Below, piece by piece: positions 19,087 to 28,985 of a stretch of DNA of 64,000 nucleotides. The position numbers and the translations under genes were made by a program. Origin of the DNA: an uncultured bacterium (GTDB lineage: Bacteria; CSSED10-310; CAZUFC01). The stretch spans positions 49,763 to 113,762 of the forward strand of contig CAZUFC010000003.1 in assembly GCA_964619725.1 (NCBI GenBank). Reading direction: 5' to 3'. Each line of letters starts with the position of its first letter. Position 1 is the stretch's first letter. The notes below the pieces were generated by a model. It made no database searches. It saw only the letters and a program-made list of their open reading frames with translations, and was not told the DNA's origin.

Positions 19087-22000
19087 TCAGTTTACGGTTT
19101 TAAATTTGTAAAGCGTGCCGTGAGGTCCGGAAGCTTCGGAATAGCCTCTGCCGCCGATTTCTGTGATAAAGGCTGTTTCTCCGTCGCCGGGATTTCCGAC
19201 GTCAAGACCGCTGAGAACGTCAGGTCCAAGTCCCGTATCATAAACAGTGAGCAAGTCGCCCTGACTGTTGAATTCCAGGACGTTTCCGCTGCCCTTGCAG
19301 GCCATGAAGAGATTGCGGCTCGCTTTACTGTAAGCGAGGGCGCATGGATTTTTGACGCGATGATCTCCAATCGATTTAATGGGGACATCCTGTGAATAAT
19401 CAATAGCCGGAACGGTTCCAGCGGATCCAACGGCGCCTGATGGAGCGATGTGTATCATGTGGAATGCGTTTTCAAAGGTCGTCACAGCCAGAATACCGGT
19501 TCCCGGTATAATGTTTCCGGCCTCATCAAGCTCAGGGATATATTCGATAGCTGAAATTTCCTCAATTTCCGCGGTCAGAACGTAAATACCGTCGTCGTAA
19601 TCCACGATGTATATGTTGTCGTAATAAGAATTGAACGCGTAGAAAATCGAGCTGAAGGGACCGGGATTGTCGGGCGCCGGGCCGCCGTAAGATATTCCGC
19701 CGATGCCTGCGACTTGCTTTTCGTCGGCATTAGCCCGGCCGCCTATTGAAGCGCCTACGGTGCAATAGGGATCATTGGAAGAATTAATGGTTGCGGTCTG
19801 TTGTACCCAATCATCGACGTCTGAATCCGAATCCTTTCCGTTAGGACAACGGGCAACGGCTTCATCCGTGATGGAATCCGCTCCGCCCTCCGGAGCATTA
19901 TTCGAAGTCCCGTCGCCTTTGAAATCTTTATCGCCTATTTCTACATCGTCTATCAGGACCCCGCCGTCATCGTATAATTTGACGTAACAGCTCTGATTCA
20001 TCGTGCCAGAAGGATTCCCCACTACGATGTATCCGAGTTCAGGAACATTGCTCAGATCATAAGGTCCGCCGGTTACCACGACCGTTCCGTCAGGAGGATC
20101 GCCCAGAGTGAAAGGGGCTTCCGGTGAAGAGTCTATTACTTCGATCATATAGTTCGACAGGTCTGTCTGGCCGGATTTTAAGTTGAAAAGTTCGATCCAC
20201 TCATCACTGTTGCCGGGATTGGCGGTACCCGGCACATCATTAAACGGAACTCCGTCACCGCCTTCGTCGTCGCTCCAATCCTGGATAGGGTCAACTACTA
20301 TTTCATTAATAAGCACGTCTCCCTCGCCGGTCCAAAATGAGTATTCTATTCCGGGTCCCTCATCCCCGTCATTGTCTCCGTCTACTGACAGACCATACAC
20401 GTCACGCACATCGGTGGTTATGACGACCATATGCTGAGTATTTTCCGACAGCAGGGAGGCGGGATTGAATGTTATGCAATTATAATCCACGGTATATCCC
20501 GAAAAAGGATCGGGCGGTACTTTTCCCATTTCGTCCAATACGTAAAAAGTATCGGAGTTGATCGTGTCCACAGCCATTTCTTTGGAGAAACATACCGTCA
20601 CGATCGATGTTATCGGAACATCCGTCGCTCCCGGCGCCGGAACTGCGCTTACCATTGTGGGGGGTACGTCCTGAGTCTCAAAACCAGTCTTGAAACAGCA
20701 CTCAAAAGGCGTCAATCCGTTTAAAGGATTTCTGTCAGCATCAAGATAATTTCCCTGTCTATCCTTGGCGTAAATGGTCACATGCAGGCAATAGTCCGTC
20801 AGAGAATCCCAGAAATCGGCGCCTGATGGTGAAATTGTCGCAGTCGTATATCCGGCTGTGTCCTGAAGCTGAATTGTTATGTCGGTATATTCCGTCCCAT
20901 CCGTTAAAAGTATCGTTTCCTCGTTTAAACTGCCCCAGTCCATCTCTTCAGAAAAATTGATCACAAACGGGTGATTGACGGGAACGTTCTGAGTTCCGCA
21001 AGCCGGACTCGTCGATGCTACATAAGGATTTTCACAGACTACGTAAAAACTCGCATTATAATTCTGACCCGTACCGTCGCAACCTCCGTCCAAAGATTCT
21101 CCGTTAATATCCCTTATGCCCGTCGTCAACGTCAGATTGATCTGATCGCACTGGGCCAGATTCGAGGAAGGATCGAAGGTGAAGCCGTAAGATAACGGGA
21201 TTAAAGACCCCGGTACGGCTCCGCCGCCGGAGCGAGTGAATCGCACGGTATCATTCAGAACAAGAGTCGATTGATCTACTTCCCGGTTGAATGTGACGGA
21301 AAAGGCCGTATCCACCGGTATCTGTCCGCCTGCCGGATCAGGAGTTACTTCCTGTACGCAGAAATATTCTCCCGTCGGGGCTCCCGTGCAAAAGAAACTC
21401 TGAAAGCTGTCCAGGCTTCCTCCAGGTATCTGATCCAGAGGATTGCCCATCAAATCAGTAATTTCAGAAGTCGCCTGAATATAATAACATTTGTCCTCAT
21501 CCAGAGGTTGCCGGAGATTGATATAAGCCGTCATGAGGTCCTCGCTCATCGTGATGAACTGGCCCGAAGGTTTGGTGAAAGATTCTTCATTTCTTATAGC
21601 CAGGGCTTCAGACGATGGTTTTTTTATAGGCTTGGAGAATCTGACCTGTACCGTAACCCAGATACTGACGTTCGAGGCGCCGTCTTCAGGATACACCCAT
21701 ACGACCTGCGGATTCGAGCCTTTTCCTGTGGCGAAAAAGCAATATCCGCTGTCCGGTCCGGGGCTGCGTGAAAGCACATCCAGCGGATTACCGTACATAT
21801 CCTCAATATCGTCGTCGGCCGTTATCCTGTATACTGTATTTTCTCCCAGCGATTGATAATGCTGATAACGGAACTCCACCAGCCGATTCTCTTCCGAAAA
21901 AACGAAATCATAAATCGGGTCGTCTAATTTCGCAGGACTGTCTTCCACTTCGAGTTCCAGCGAATTGATCGTCACCGTCAACGGATTAACCGGCTGAGAA

Positions 22001-22629
22001 AAACGGACGTATACCCTGGCAGATGTGGAAACGTTCTCTTCGCCGCAAGGTATCATGTCCAATACGGTGAAGCCGAAATCCTCGTGATTGAATACGCCGG
22101 TTCCCAAAGGTCCTGTTACGGGTTCTCCGGCCCTTTGATTCGGCCCGTTAGGCTCCAGGCAGGGATTGGGGTCTAATACGGAAATCGATCCCAGATAGTC
22201 GGCTATATTCGATACCCATACAAAATGCCCCTGGAAGTCGACTCCCGTCGGCCTGTCTACGGCAGGCTGACCAAACCCGTCCAGAAATGTCCAGTCAGAA
22301 AATAAAAATTTTCCCCCCGTATTCGGATCAACTCGAACCACCGATTCAGCAAAATTGCCGGCAATGCCTGAGTTGGCCGTCAGCAAATGGTTTACTGGTA
22401 ATACGCTGCACTCGCCTATGCCTGCCGGATGCTCGTTGTCTATGAAATCCACTCCTACTGGATAATTCAACCCGCCCGTTACAAACTGCAATTCCGCTTC
22501 AATCGTCTCAGGATCGTTGAAAAAATCTTCCATCTCGATATCCGTGTCCGTGCAGCCGATACCAAACAGCATTGCAAAAATTCCTGAAAAAATTAAAAAG
22601 TTTGCCGGAAAAACTCTTCTTATGCCCAT
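19087..22629 (-). CDS. Large lipoprotein: five Big_5/SbsA Ig-like domains, lamin-tail domain, flanking beta-propeller-like segments
   Basis: Lipobox FGIGC; five repeats of PxVxxxxPxxGAxNV...vxFS(k/e)x(m/i)d; LTD motif VLINEIVVDP...DEWIELFN. Confidence 0.8.
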   Translation of the reverse strand: MGIRRVFPANFLIFSGIFAMLFGIGCTDTDIEMEDFFNDPETIEAELQFVTGGLNYPVGVDFIDNEHPAGIGECSVLPVNHLLTANSGIAGNFAESVVRVDPNTGGKFLFSDWTFLDGFGQPAVDRPTGVDFQGHFVWVSNIADYLGSISVLDPNPCLEPNGPNQRAGEPVTGPLGTGVFNHEDFGFTVLDMIPCGEENVSTSARVYVRFSQPVNPLTVTINSLELEVEDSPAKLDDPIYDFVFSEENRLVEFRYQHYQSLGENTVYRITADDDIEDMYGNPLDVLSRSPGPDSGYCFFATGKGSNPQVVWVYPEDGASNVSIWVTVQVRFSKPIKKPSSEALAIRNEESFTKPSGQFITMSEDLMTAYINLRQPLDEDKCYYIQATSEITDLMGNPLDQIPGGSLDSFQSFFCTGAPTGEYFCVQEVTPDPAGGQIPVDTAFSVTFNREVDQSTLVLNDTVRFTRSGGGAVPGSLIPLSYGFTFDPSSNLAQCDQINLTLTTGIRDINGESLDGGCDGTGQNYNASFYVVCENPYVASTSPACGTQNVPVNHPFVINFSEEMDWGSLNEETILLTDGTEYTDITIQLQDTAGYTTATISPSGADFWDSLTDYCLHVTIYAKDRQGNYLDADRNPLNGLTPFECCFKTGFETQDVPPTMVSAVPAPGATDVPITSIVTVCFSKEMAVDTINSDTFYVLDEMGKVPPDPFSGYTVDYNCITFNPASLLSENTQHMVVITTDVRDVYGLSVDGDNDGDEGPGIEYSFWTGEGDVLINEIVVDPIQDWSDDEGGDGVPFNDVPGTANPGNSDEWIELFNLKSGQTDLSNYMIEVIDSSPEAPFTLGDPPDGTVVVTGGPYDLSNVPELGYIVVGNPSGTMNQSCYVKLYDDGGVLIDDVEIGDKDFKGDGTSNNAPEGGADSITDEAVARCPNGKDSDSDVDDWVQQTATINSSNDPYCTVGASIGGRANADEKQVAGIGGISYGGPAPDNPGPFSSIFYAFNSYYDNIYIVDYDDGIYVLTAEIEEISAIEYIPELDEAGNIIPGTGILAVTTFENAFHMIHIAPSGAVGSAGTVPAIDYSQDVPIKSIGDHRVKNPCALAYSKASRNLFMACKGSGNVLEFNSQGDLLTVYDTGLGPDVLSGLDVGNPGDGETAFITEIGGRGYSEASGPHGTLYKFKTVN

Positions 22630-22759
22630 GAGTACCTGCCTTTCTCCTGATGCCGAAAAAGAAAAATCAATCTCTTTTACTCCTTAAAACCGCAACTCTT
22701 CGGAGTATAAAATCTAACTCGTCAAATCAATGAGATATCAATAAGAAATCTCAAGAAAA

Positions 22760-23995
22760 TTAATCAAAATAAAACGTTATGTAATCGTAATCGATCAGAT
22801 TATATGTATCGATTTCCGTTAATGCCCCATGAACGTAAAAAGGTCCTCCGGGAGTCAAAAAGGCAGGCAGAGAATTTATCCGCAGTATATTTTCCCGATG
22901 TGTTCCTCTGAACAGGGATTTCGTGACGTAGTTCAGGTCTGATGACCAGTCAGGAGCGAAATACAAAGCGCCGTAAACATCAATTATGGCGTAGTAGTTC
23001 ACGTTGGAAATTTCCAGCGGATTCGTCATCGAAGCGTCGAAACTTAAATAATCATGAGGAAAATAAATCGTTTTGTTCGATGAAAGGTCTATCTCAGGAC
23101 AATTATTCTGGCCTTCTGCAGAAAGATAAAGCTGCCATAAAGCCGCTGCGCACATGTGGGCTGAACGGCTTAACGAATCGCTGACGCTTAAATAAAAGTC
23201 ATAGGAATCCCAGTCATAACAATGGTTAAGCATCCAAATGCAGTCGCGAGTCCAGCCTCCGCCCGAATTAAAATTTCCTCCGTCCGTAATTGATCCGACG
23301 TTGACGCTTGCCTGATAGGCGCTCACTGGCTCCAGCCCTTCGCAAGGTAAAAAAGCGAAATAATTCCAATCCGTTGCCAGCATTTCTTCAATCCAGTTTT
23401 CGTAGTCGCCGTGACAAGGCCATTCTTCTATATCGAATACTTTGTGAAAACAGGCATCATCATCAAAAACATGAGCAAAAACGCCGGGGTCCGCTATATA
23501 ATGCGTCATAGCTCCGGCAAAAAAAGCGGCACGGCGATACTCACATCGACCCATCGCCTCCAGCGCCTTCTCGAATTCCTCTTCAGCCCTTTCCGCAGCC
23601 GCATCATCGCAAACCGTCGTATTGTCCTCTTCAAAAAAGATGTGGTGCTTGATGGTGTCTCCAAAATCCTCTTTTTCCTCATCAGAAAAATCAAAAGAGT
23701 CCACGCCATCAAAACAATTTGACACCTGAACCCGGTCAGGAGCCTCACTGCCCAGGAAGAAGAAATTCTCATTGTTCTCCAGCCATTGCCATGCTCCGGC
23801 AGGCGCAGCCGAATTCTTCAAAAGCTTTATAGCTTCCATGCATATCCTGTCATGCGTTCCCAGCCTGGGATTGAAAGCGTCACTGCTATCTCCCCCGTTT
23901 GACCACGAAAAGACATATCCGTTATTCAGAGCTAAAAAACTCAAAATTCCAACGAGTACACAATATTTTTTTATCGAATTTTTTCTTTTTCTCAT
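22760..23995 (-). CDS. Secreted zinc-dependent phospholipase C / S1-P1-fold protein with C-terminal accessory domain
   Basis: Mature N-terminal Trp (VFS|WSNGG), GTHD, EAPD, HH, GAMTHYIAD..HV, HGDYE Zn ligands. Confidence 0.8.
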   Translation of the reverse strand: MRKRKNSIKKYCVLVGILSFLALNNGYVFSWSNGGDSSDAFNPRLGTHDRICMEAIKLLKNSAAPAGAWQWLENNENFFFLGSEAPDRVQVSNCFDGVDSFDFSDEEKEDFGDTIKHHIFFEEDNTTVCDDAAAERAEEEFEKALEAMGRCEYRRAAFFAGAMTHYIADPGVFAHVFDDDACFHKVFDIEEWPCHGDYENWIEEMLATDWNYFAFLPCEGLEPVSAYQASVNVGSITDGGNFNSGGGWTRDCIWMLNHCYDWDSYDFYLSVSDSLSRSAHMCAAALWQLYLSAEGQNNCPEIDLSSNKTIYFPHDYLSFDASMTNPLEISNVNYYAIIDVYGALYFAPDWSSDLNYVTKSLFRGTHRENILRINSLPAFLTPGGPFYVHGALTEIDTYNLIDYDYITFYFD

Positions 23996-24094
23996 TTATT
24001 CGTTCCCTTAAAAAGTTTCAAACTCCCATCGCCTGTTTTTGATATGAGACGATTTTGAGATGGAGTCATTTTCTTCTCCCGTGAAAACAAGAAA

Positions 24095-24123
24095 GATTTA
24101 ACAAAATTTTCTAATGATGTCAA
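24095..24123 (-). promoter_or_regulatory. sigma70-type promoter for the phospholipase C gene
   Basis: Minus strand TTGACA-17 nt-TAAATC with extended TG. Confidence 0.5.
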
Positions 24124-24340
24124 GAAGTGAGGTCGGTTTACGATACTCTGTCTCTTTTGAGTGCAGACGGCGAAAGCAGAGCCGGAACGCGCCTTCGGGA
24201 AGCATGATCGAAGTCGGACAAGGCTTGAATCTTGATTTATCCTGGAAAACGAGTATGATCATTTGAAGCGGGTTGTTATTTGGTAATAAACCGGCTTAAT
24301 AAGAGCGGCGCTGGATTAAACGAGGAGACAGGAGAGAAAA

Positions 24341-25279
24341 ATGTGCAAGGAAAATCATCACAAAGTCGTAATTTTAGGAAGCGGACCTGCCGGATTGACA
24401 TCAGCGATTTATACGGGACGAGCCTTGCTGGAACCGATGGTGCTGGAGGGACTTCAACCCGGCGGACAACTGATGATAACTTCCGAGGTTGAGAATTTTC
24501 CAGGCTTTGAAAACGGGATTTCGGGTCCGGAGTTAATGGCAAATATGAGACGTCAGGCGGAACGGTTCGGAGCGAAGTTCATAACGAACATTGCCGAAAA
24601 AGCGGACCTGAGTGAAAGACCGTTTAAAATAATCGTTGATGAAAAGATGCTGACGGCAGACGCCCTGATAATCGCTACCGGCGCATCAGCTCGAAAACTG
24701 GGATTGGATTCTGAAAAAAAATATTCCGGTAAAGGCGTTTCCTATTGCGCTACATGCGACGGATTCTTTTTCCGCGACAAGGAAATCGTCGTCATCGGCG
24801 GCGGAGACTCGGCTCTGGAGGACGCTCTCTTCCTGACCAGGTTCGCAAAAAAAGTTTCGATTATTCACAGAAGAGACCGGTTCAGGGCATCGATGATTAT
24901 GCAGGAAAGAGCCTTCAGCAATGAAAAAATCGACATTCTGTTCGATTTCGTCTTAGACGAAATTCTGGGTAACGACTCAGACACGGCTGTCGGCGGCGTA
25001 AGACTGAGGAACGTGAAATCGGACCGCATGACGGAATTAAGTTGCGAAGGGGTTTTCATCGCTATCGGGCATGAACCGAATACGAAGATTTTCAGAGATT
25101 ACATCGATATGGATGAATTCGGTTACATCAAGCTTTACAAAGGCTGCAGAACGAATGTCCAGGGAGTGTTTGCGGCCGGCGACGTCCATGATCCTATTTA
25201 TCGGCAAGCTATCACTGCCGCCGGATGCGGCTGCCGGGCGGCCCTGGATGCCGAGAAATTCTTGTTGCTGGGCGATTAA
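24341..25279 (+). CDS. trxB: Thioredoxin-disulfide reductase
   Basis: GSGPAG, GGQL, CATCDGFFF, GGGDSA, HRRD, AAGDV, RQAITAAG. Confidence 0.97.
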   Translation: MCKENHHKVVILGSGPAGLTSAIYTGRALLEPMVLEGLQPGGQLMITSEVENFPGFENGISGPELMANMRRQAERFGAKFITNIAEKADLSERPFKIIVDEKMLTADALIIATGASARKLGLDSEKKYSGKGVSYCATCDGFFFRDKEIVVIGGGDSALEDALFLTRFAKKVSIIHRRDRFRASMIMQERAFSNEKIDILFDFVLDEILGNDSDTAVGGVRLRNVKSDRMTELSCEGVFIAIGHEPNTKIFRDYIDMDEFGYIKLYKGCRTNVQGVFAAGDVHDPIYRQAITAAGCGCRAALDAEKFLLLGD

Positions 25280-25417
25280 AATTCAGCAAAATGTTACTGC
25301 AGGTAACAACTGCGCCTGATATTCCCTTTGACGTCCCATTCCTTCGACGCACGACTGAAGAAAAATTACGAAACCGGCCAGATGCCTCATGGCTTCAGGC
25401 GCATTAAGTCCCGGACG

Positions 25418-26707
25418 TCATTTATAGACAAGACGGTGAAACTTATTGTAAAAATGTAATAATTCCCGTTTGTCAATGCTCTTATGCTTTAATACGGATA
25501 CGGGCGAGTAATAACTTCCTCCCGCTTGCTTTATAATTAAATTATCACGGAGGCATTTTTCGTGGAGTTCCGTCCCTGGATATGGATTGAAAATCGAACA
25601 AATGACCCAATTCGGCTTGACCTTCCTGTTTAATTCTATCGTTTTACGAATGGAATCAACGGTTTCGCCCGGCAAGCCCAATATATTGAATGATACTGTT
25701 TTCAATCCTGTTTTTTTGGCCTGAAAAAAGGCATCGATGATTTTTTCCCGGGAAATGTTTCTGTGAAGGATGTTTTTCCTTATTTCGTCATCGCCCGATT
25801 CAATGCCCATATGGACGCGTTCACAACCGGAATGTTTTAACAAACGAGCCGTCTTTTCGTTCATGGAATCCGGCCTTAAATTACACCAGTATGGGATTTG
25901 GACTTTTTTACGATAGATATCCGCAAATGCTTCAAACCATTCGAATGGATAATTGAAACAATCGTCATGAAATCCTATAAGGGGGGCTTTCCTATACCGT
26001 TTCAATAAGCCCTCTATTTCTTTTATTACATTCTCAGGACTTCTTTTGCGGACCGGCATTCTAGCGCCGTACAATTCATCCAGACTCTCATGAACGCAAT
26101 ATGAACAGCGATGAGGACAGCCTCGGCCTGCAACTATTTCCAGCCCCATAATTCGTCCAGCCCTGACCGAAAAATATTTATCGTAATCGAATATTTCTCT
26201 GTCGGGAAAAGGCAATGAATCAAGGTTATCTATAACAGGGGCCGGGCTGAGGTCAGGATCAGGATCGTTCTTTTCTGCGAATCCTTTTACTTTGGAGGAG
26301 ACTTTGTTTTTTGAAATCATTGCTGCCGTATGAGGCAATACGTTTTCTCCCTCGCCTATGACGATTCCAAAAATGCCGGGGACTTTCAAAGATTCAGCAG
26401 GAAGCAATGTGGGATGGATGCCGCCGTATATGATGGGAATGTCATAGTCTTTCAGAAAGGCAACAGTTTTTTTCGCTAATTCGCTTTGAGGGGAATTTAC
26501 GGAAAACGCCAGCATTTCGGGAGAATAATCATTCAGGCATTTCCGTAAATTTTTTTTTATCGACTCACTCAGACACCCTACTGTAAAAAGTTTCGTGGAA
26601 TGTCCGGCCAGCTTCATTACAGAAGACAACGCCCCTATTCCCTGGGGAAAACCCAAATAATCCTTCGGGGAGTCCGCTGCAAAAGGATATATGAATAGTA
26701 TCCGCAA
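25418..26707 (-). CDS. B12-binding radical SAM protein
   Basis: PQGIGALSS, GGIHPT, RGCPHRCSYC, GIESG; start is a TTG without an obvious SD. Confidence 0.88.
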   Translation of the reverse strand: MRILFIYPFAADSPKDYLGFPQGIGALSSVMKLAGHSTKLFTVGCLSESIKKNLRKCLNDYSPEMLAFSVNSPQSELAKKTVAFLKDYDIPIIYGGIHPTLLPAESLKVPGIFGIVIGEGENVLPHTAAMISKNKVSSKVKGFAEKNDPDPDLSPAPVIDNLDSLPFPDREIFDYDKYFSVRAGRIMGLEIVAGRGCPHRCSYCVHESLDELYGARMPVRKRSPENVIKEIEGLLKRYRKAPLIGFHDDCFNYPFEWFEAFADIYRKKVQIPYWCNLRPDSMNEKTARLLKHSGCERVHMGIESGDDEIRKNILHRNISREKIIDAFFQAKKTGLKTVSFNILGLPGETVDSIRKTIELNRKVKPNWVICSIFNPYPGTELHEKCLRDNLIIKQAGGSYYSPVSVLKHKSIDKRELLHFYNKFHRLVYK

Positions 26708-26740
26708 ATCTGTTAAAACGGCTGCGGTTGAGTTGATCCA

Positions 26741-27037
26741 TCAATCGTCAAGATCATCCAGGTCGTCGAATTCGTCAAACTCCTCATCCAACTCATCGTA
26801 GTCTTCATCATCTTCCAGATCATCGTCTTCCAGATCGTCATCGTCAAATTCATCAAACTCCTCATACTCGTCTAATTCCTCATCAAGATAATCCTCTTCA
26901 TCCAGGTCCTCATCAAAGTCATCATCAAATTCATCATCAAAGTCGTCATCAAATTCCTCGTCCAACTCGTCTTCCAGCTCCTCTTCAAATTCGTCATCTT
27001 CCAGCTCCTCTTCAAATTCGTCATATTCTTCTTTCAT
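26741..27037 (-). CDS. Extremely acidic 98-aa protein (71/98 Asp/Glu)
   Basis: Strong SD AAGGAG 9 nt before ATG; only residues M,K,D,E,F,L,Y; 27-bp tandem duplication at 26970-27023. Confidence 0.75.
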   Translation of the reverse strand: MKEEYDEFEEELEDDEFEEELEDELDEEFDDDFDDEFDDDFDEDLDEEDYLDEELDEYEEFDEFDDDDLEDDDLEDDEDYDELDEEFDEFDDLDDLDD

Positions 27038-27133
27038 TTAATCAAACTCCTTAAAAATCTCATTTTCGATTTCCGTTTACTCAGTTATTAATATTCTCAG
27101 CCGCTTAAGCAAAGAGGCTGAAGAATTTTTTTC

Positions 27134-27162
27134 AATATGAGCGATAGAAAACGACTTGTCAA
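27134..27162 (-). promoter_or_regulatory. sigma70-type promoter for the acidic protein/radical SAM pair
   Basis: Minus strand TTGACA-17 nt-CATATT. Confidence 0.5.
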
Positions 27163-27307
27163 TGAAAAATCTTTAATGGAAGGTAATAATATATTCACAA
27201 AATCGATTTTTTGACGTTAAAAGAAAAAGGCCGATATGCTATAGTGACTGAGGATCGGTTTTTCGCCCTTTTTGCAAAGGAATCTTTGATCGCCTTGTTG
27301 GAACCTC

Positions 27308-28285
27308 ATGAAAGCGTTTTTAACTGCAGCAGGATACGGCACTCGATTAAGACCTTTAACGGAATACATGGCCAAAGCTGCCGTACCGGTCGCTAACCGC
27401 CCTTTGATCCATTACGTCATTGACGAGTTAAAAAGAAATAAAATCAGCGAATTCGCCGTCAATGTCCATTATAAACCGCAGACCGTTCGCTCAGCGACGC
27501 TTTCGCACCTTCAAGTCTGTGAAAAGGATGTCTATTTCTCATTTGAAAAAAAAATCCTGGGGACTGCCGGCGGCGTAAAAAAATGCGAACATTTTTTTTC
27601 CGAAAGTCCCTTCTTAATCGTTAACGCAGACGTGATAACGCGCTTTTGCCTGCAAAGAATGTGGGATTTCCATAAAAAAAGAAAGGCGGAAATCACGTTG
27701 CTCCTGAAAAAATTTCCCGGTTTCGAAAAATACGGAGTCCTGGGGACGGATAAACAGGGACGTTTGATTAAATTTCTCGAATTAAGTCAGACATCCGATG
27801 AAATCAGGGAATGCGGAATGTTCGCCGGCGTGCAGATTTGGGAAACATCCGTATTCAACCTGATACCCTCAGGACGCTTTTCCGGCAGCTCTGAAACGGT
27901 TTATCCGAAAATGATTGAACAGAATCGGCCCGTATTCGGTTACTTTTGTGAAAATCCATGGTTGGATGTCGGGCATGTTCAGGGTTACCTGGATACTAAC
28001 TTTGTCGTGTTGGACCGGTTATTCTCTTCTTATCAAAAGGGCGGTCGCCTGCTGAAGCATGGATACCTGAAAGCGACGGAAAATGGAAAAATATTGCTGG
28101 GCGAAAATACTGCTTTCCAGGGCGACTCTGAATTCCAGGGTTCATGCATTCTGGGAGATGATTGCATAGTGGGCGGCGATTCCCGATTGCAAGATACCGT
28201 GATCTGGAGCGGCTGCAGAGTTCCGGAGCGCTCGATATTAAAAAACTGCGTCGTTATGCCGCCTTTTCGCGTCGTAGCGCCATGA
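27308..28285 (+). CDS. NDP-sugar pyrophosphorylase (mannose-1-phosphate guanylyltransferase-like)
   Basis: AAGYGTRLRPLT...K, ILGTAGG, VNAD, WLDVG, C-terminal hexapeptide repeats. Confidence 0.88.
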   Translation: MKAFLTAAGYGTRLRPLTEYMAKAAVPVANRPLIHYVIDELKRNKISEFAVNVHYKPQTVRSATLSHLQVCEKDVYFSFEKKILGTAGGVKKCEHFFSESPFLIVNADVITRFCLQRMWDFHKKRKAEITLLLKKFPGFEKYGVLGTDKQGRLIKFLELSQTSDEIRECGMFAGVQIWETSVFNLIPSGRFSGSSETVYPKMIEQNRPVFGYFCENPWLDVGHVQGYLDTNFVVLDRLFSSYQKGGRLLKHGYLKATENGKILLGENTAFQGDSEFQGSCILGDDCIVGGDSRLQDTVIWSGCRVPERSILKNCVVMPPFRVVAP

Positions 28286-28396
28286 ATGCCTGACAGCGTG
28301 GATTCTGAGATTCGTACACCGGATAGAATAGCGGAGGACCGTCGCCGGAATTCGACTCCATGTCGCAGGCGCCCGGAAACGACCGCTGTTATTCTT

Positions 28397-28843
28397 TTAA
28401 AGTCGCTCGGGAAGGCGGCTGGTCGTTGTCCAGTATTTCCATAACTTCTGTATCGTTACAGAAAATGCGCCTATGCCGTTCGGCTTGGTTATGTAACTGT
28501 TGGCGCCCAGTTCATAACTCTTCAGAATATCCCTGTCCTGGGAAGAGGTCGTGAACACGATAACCGGTATGTTCTTTAACTCAGAATCCGACTTGATTAC
28601 GCTGAGCACTTCAATACCGTCTATTTTCGGAAGTTTCAGGTCCAAAAAAATGATATCGGGTCGAGGAAATTTTTCCTTGTCCTGGTAATCGCCTTTGTTT
28701 AGAAGAAAGTCGAGAGCTTCCTTCCCGTCTTTTACGCAAAAGAAATTTATGGAGGACTTGAAGCCGCGCAATAAAGACATTTTTATCAAGGTGATGTGAT
28801 CCAGATTGTCCTCTATCAGGAGCAACTTATGCCGCTGCATCAT
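28397..28843 (-). CDS. Single-domain response regulator (Rcp1-like)
   Basis: IEDN, PDIIFLDLKLPKIDG, FTTS, GANSYITKP; ATG 28843 behind GAGGAG. Confidence 0.92.
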   Translation of the reverse strand: MMQRHKLLLIEDNLDHITLIKMSLLRGFKSSINFFCVKDGKEALDFLLNKGDYQDKEKFPRPDIIFLDLKLPKIDGIEVLSVIKSDSELKNIPVIVFTTSSQDRDILKSYELGANSYITKPNGIGAFSVTIQKLWKYWTTTSRLPERL

Positions 28844-28985
28844 TATTCTCCTCAACCTTTCAGTTCATGGTGAAAAAGTGTCATCATGCTTCCTTTATGA
28901 ATTTACATAATATCGAAGAAAAAACAAAGATTTTTCCAACTATTTCGGAAATTTTTTTCCAGAAGCTATTTCTACGATGAAAAAA

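Noticed and set aside
26708-26743. Selenocysteine recoding of the in-frame TGA
   Set aside because: No convincing SECIS hairpin immediately downstream and no catalytic Cys context.
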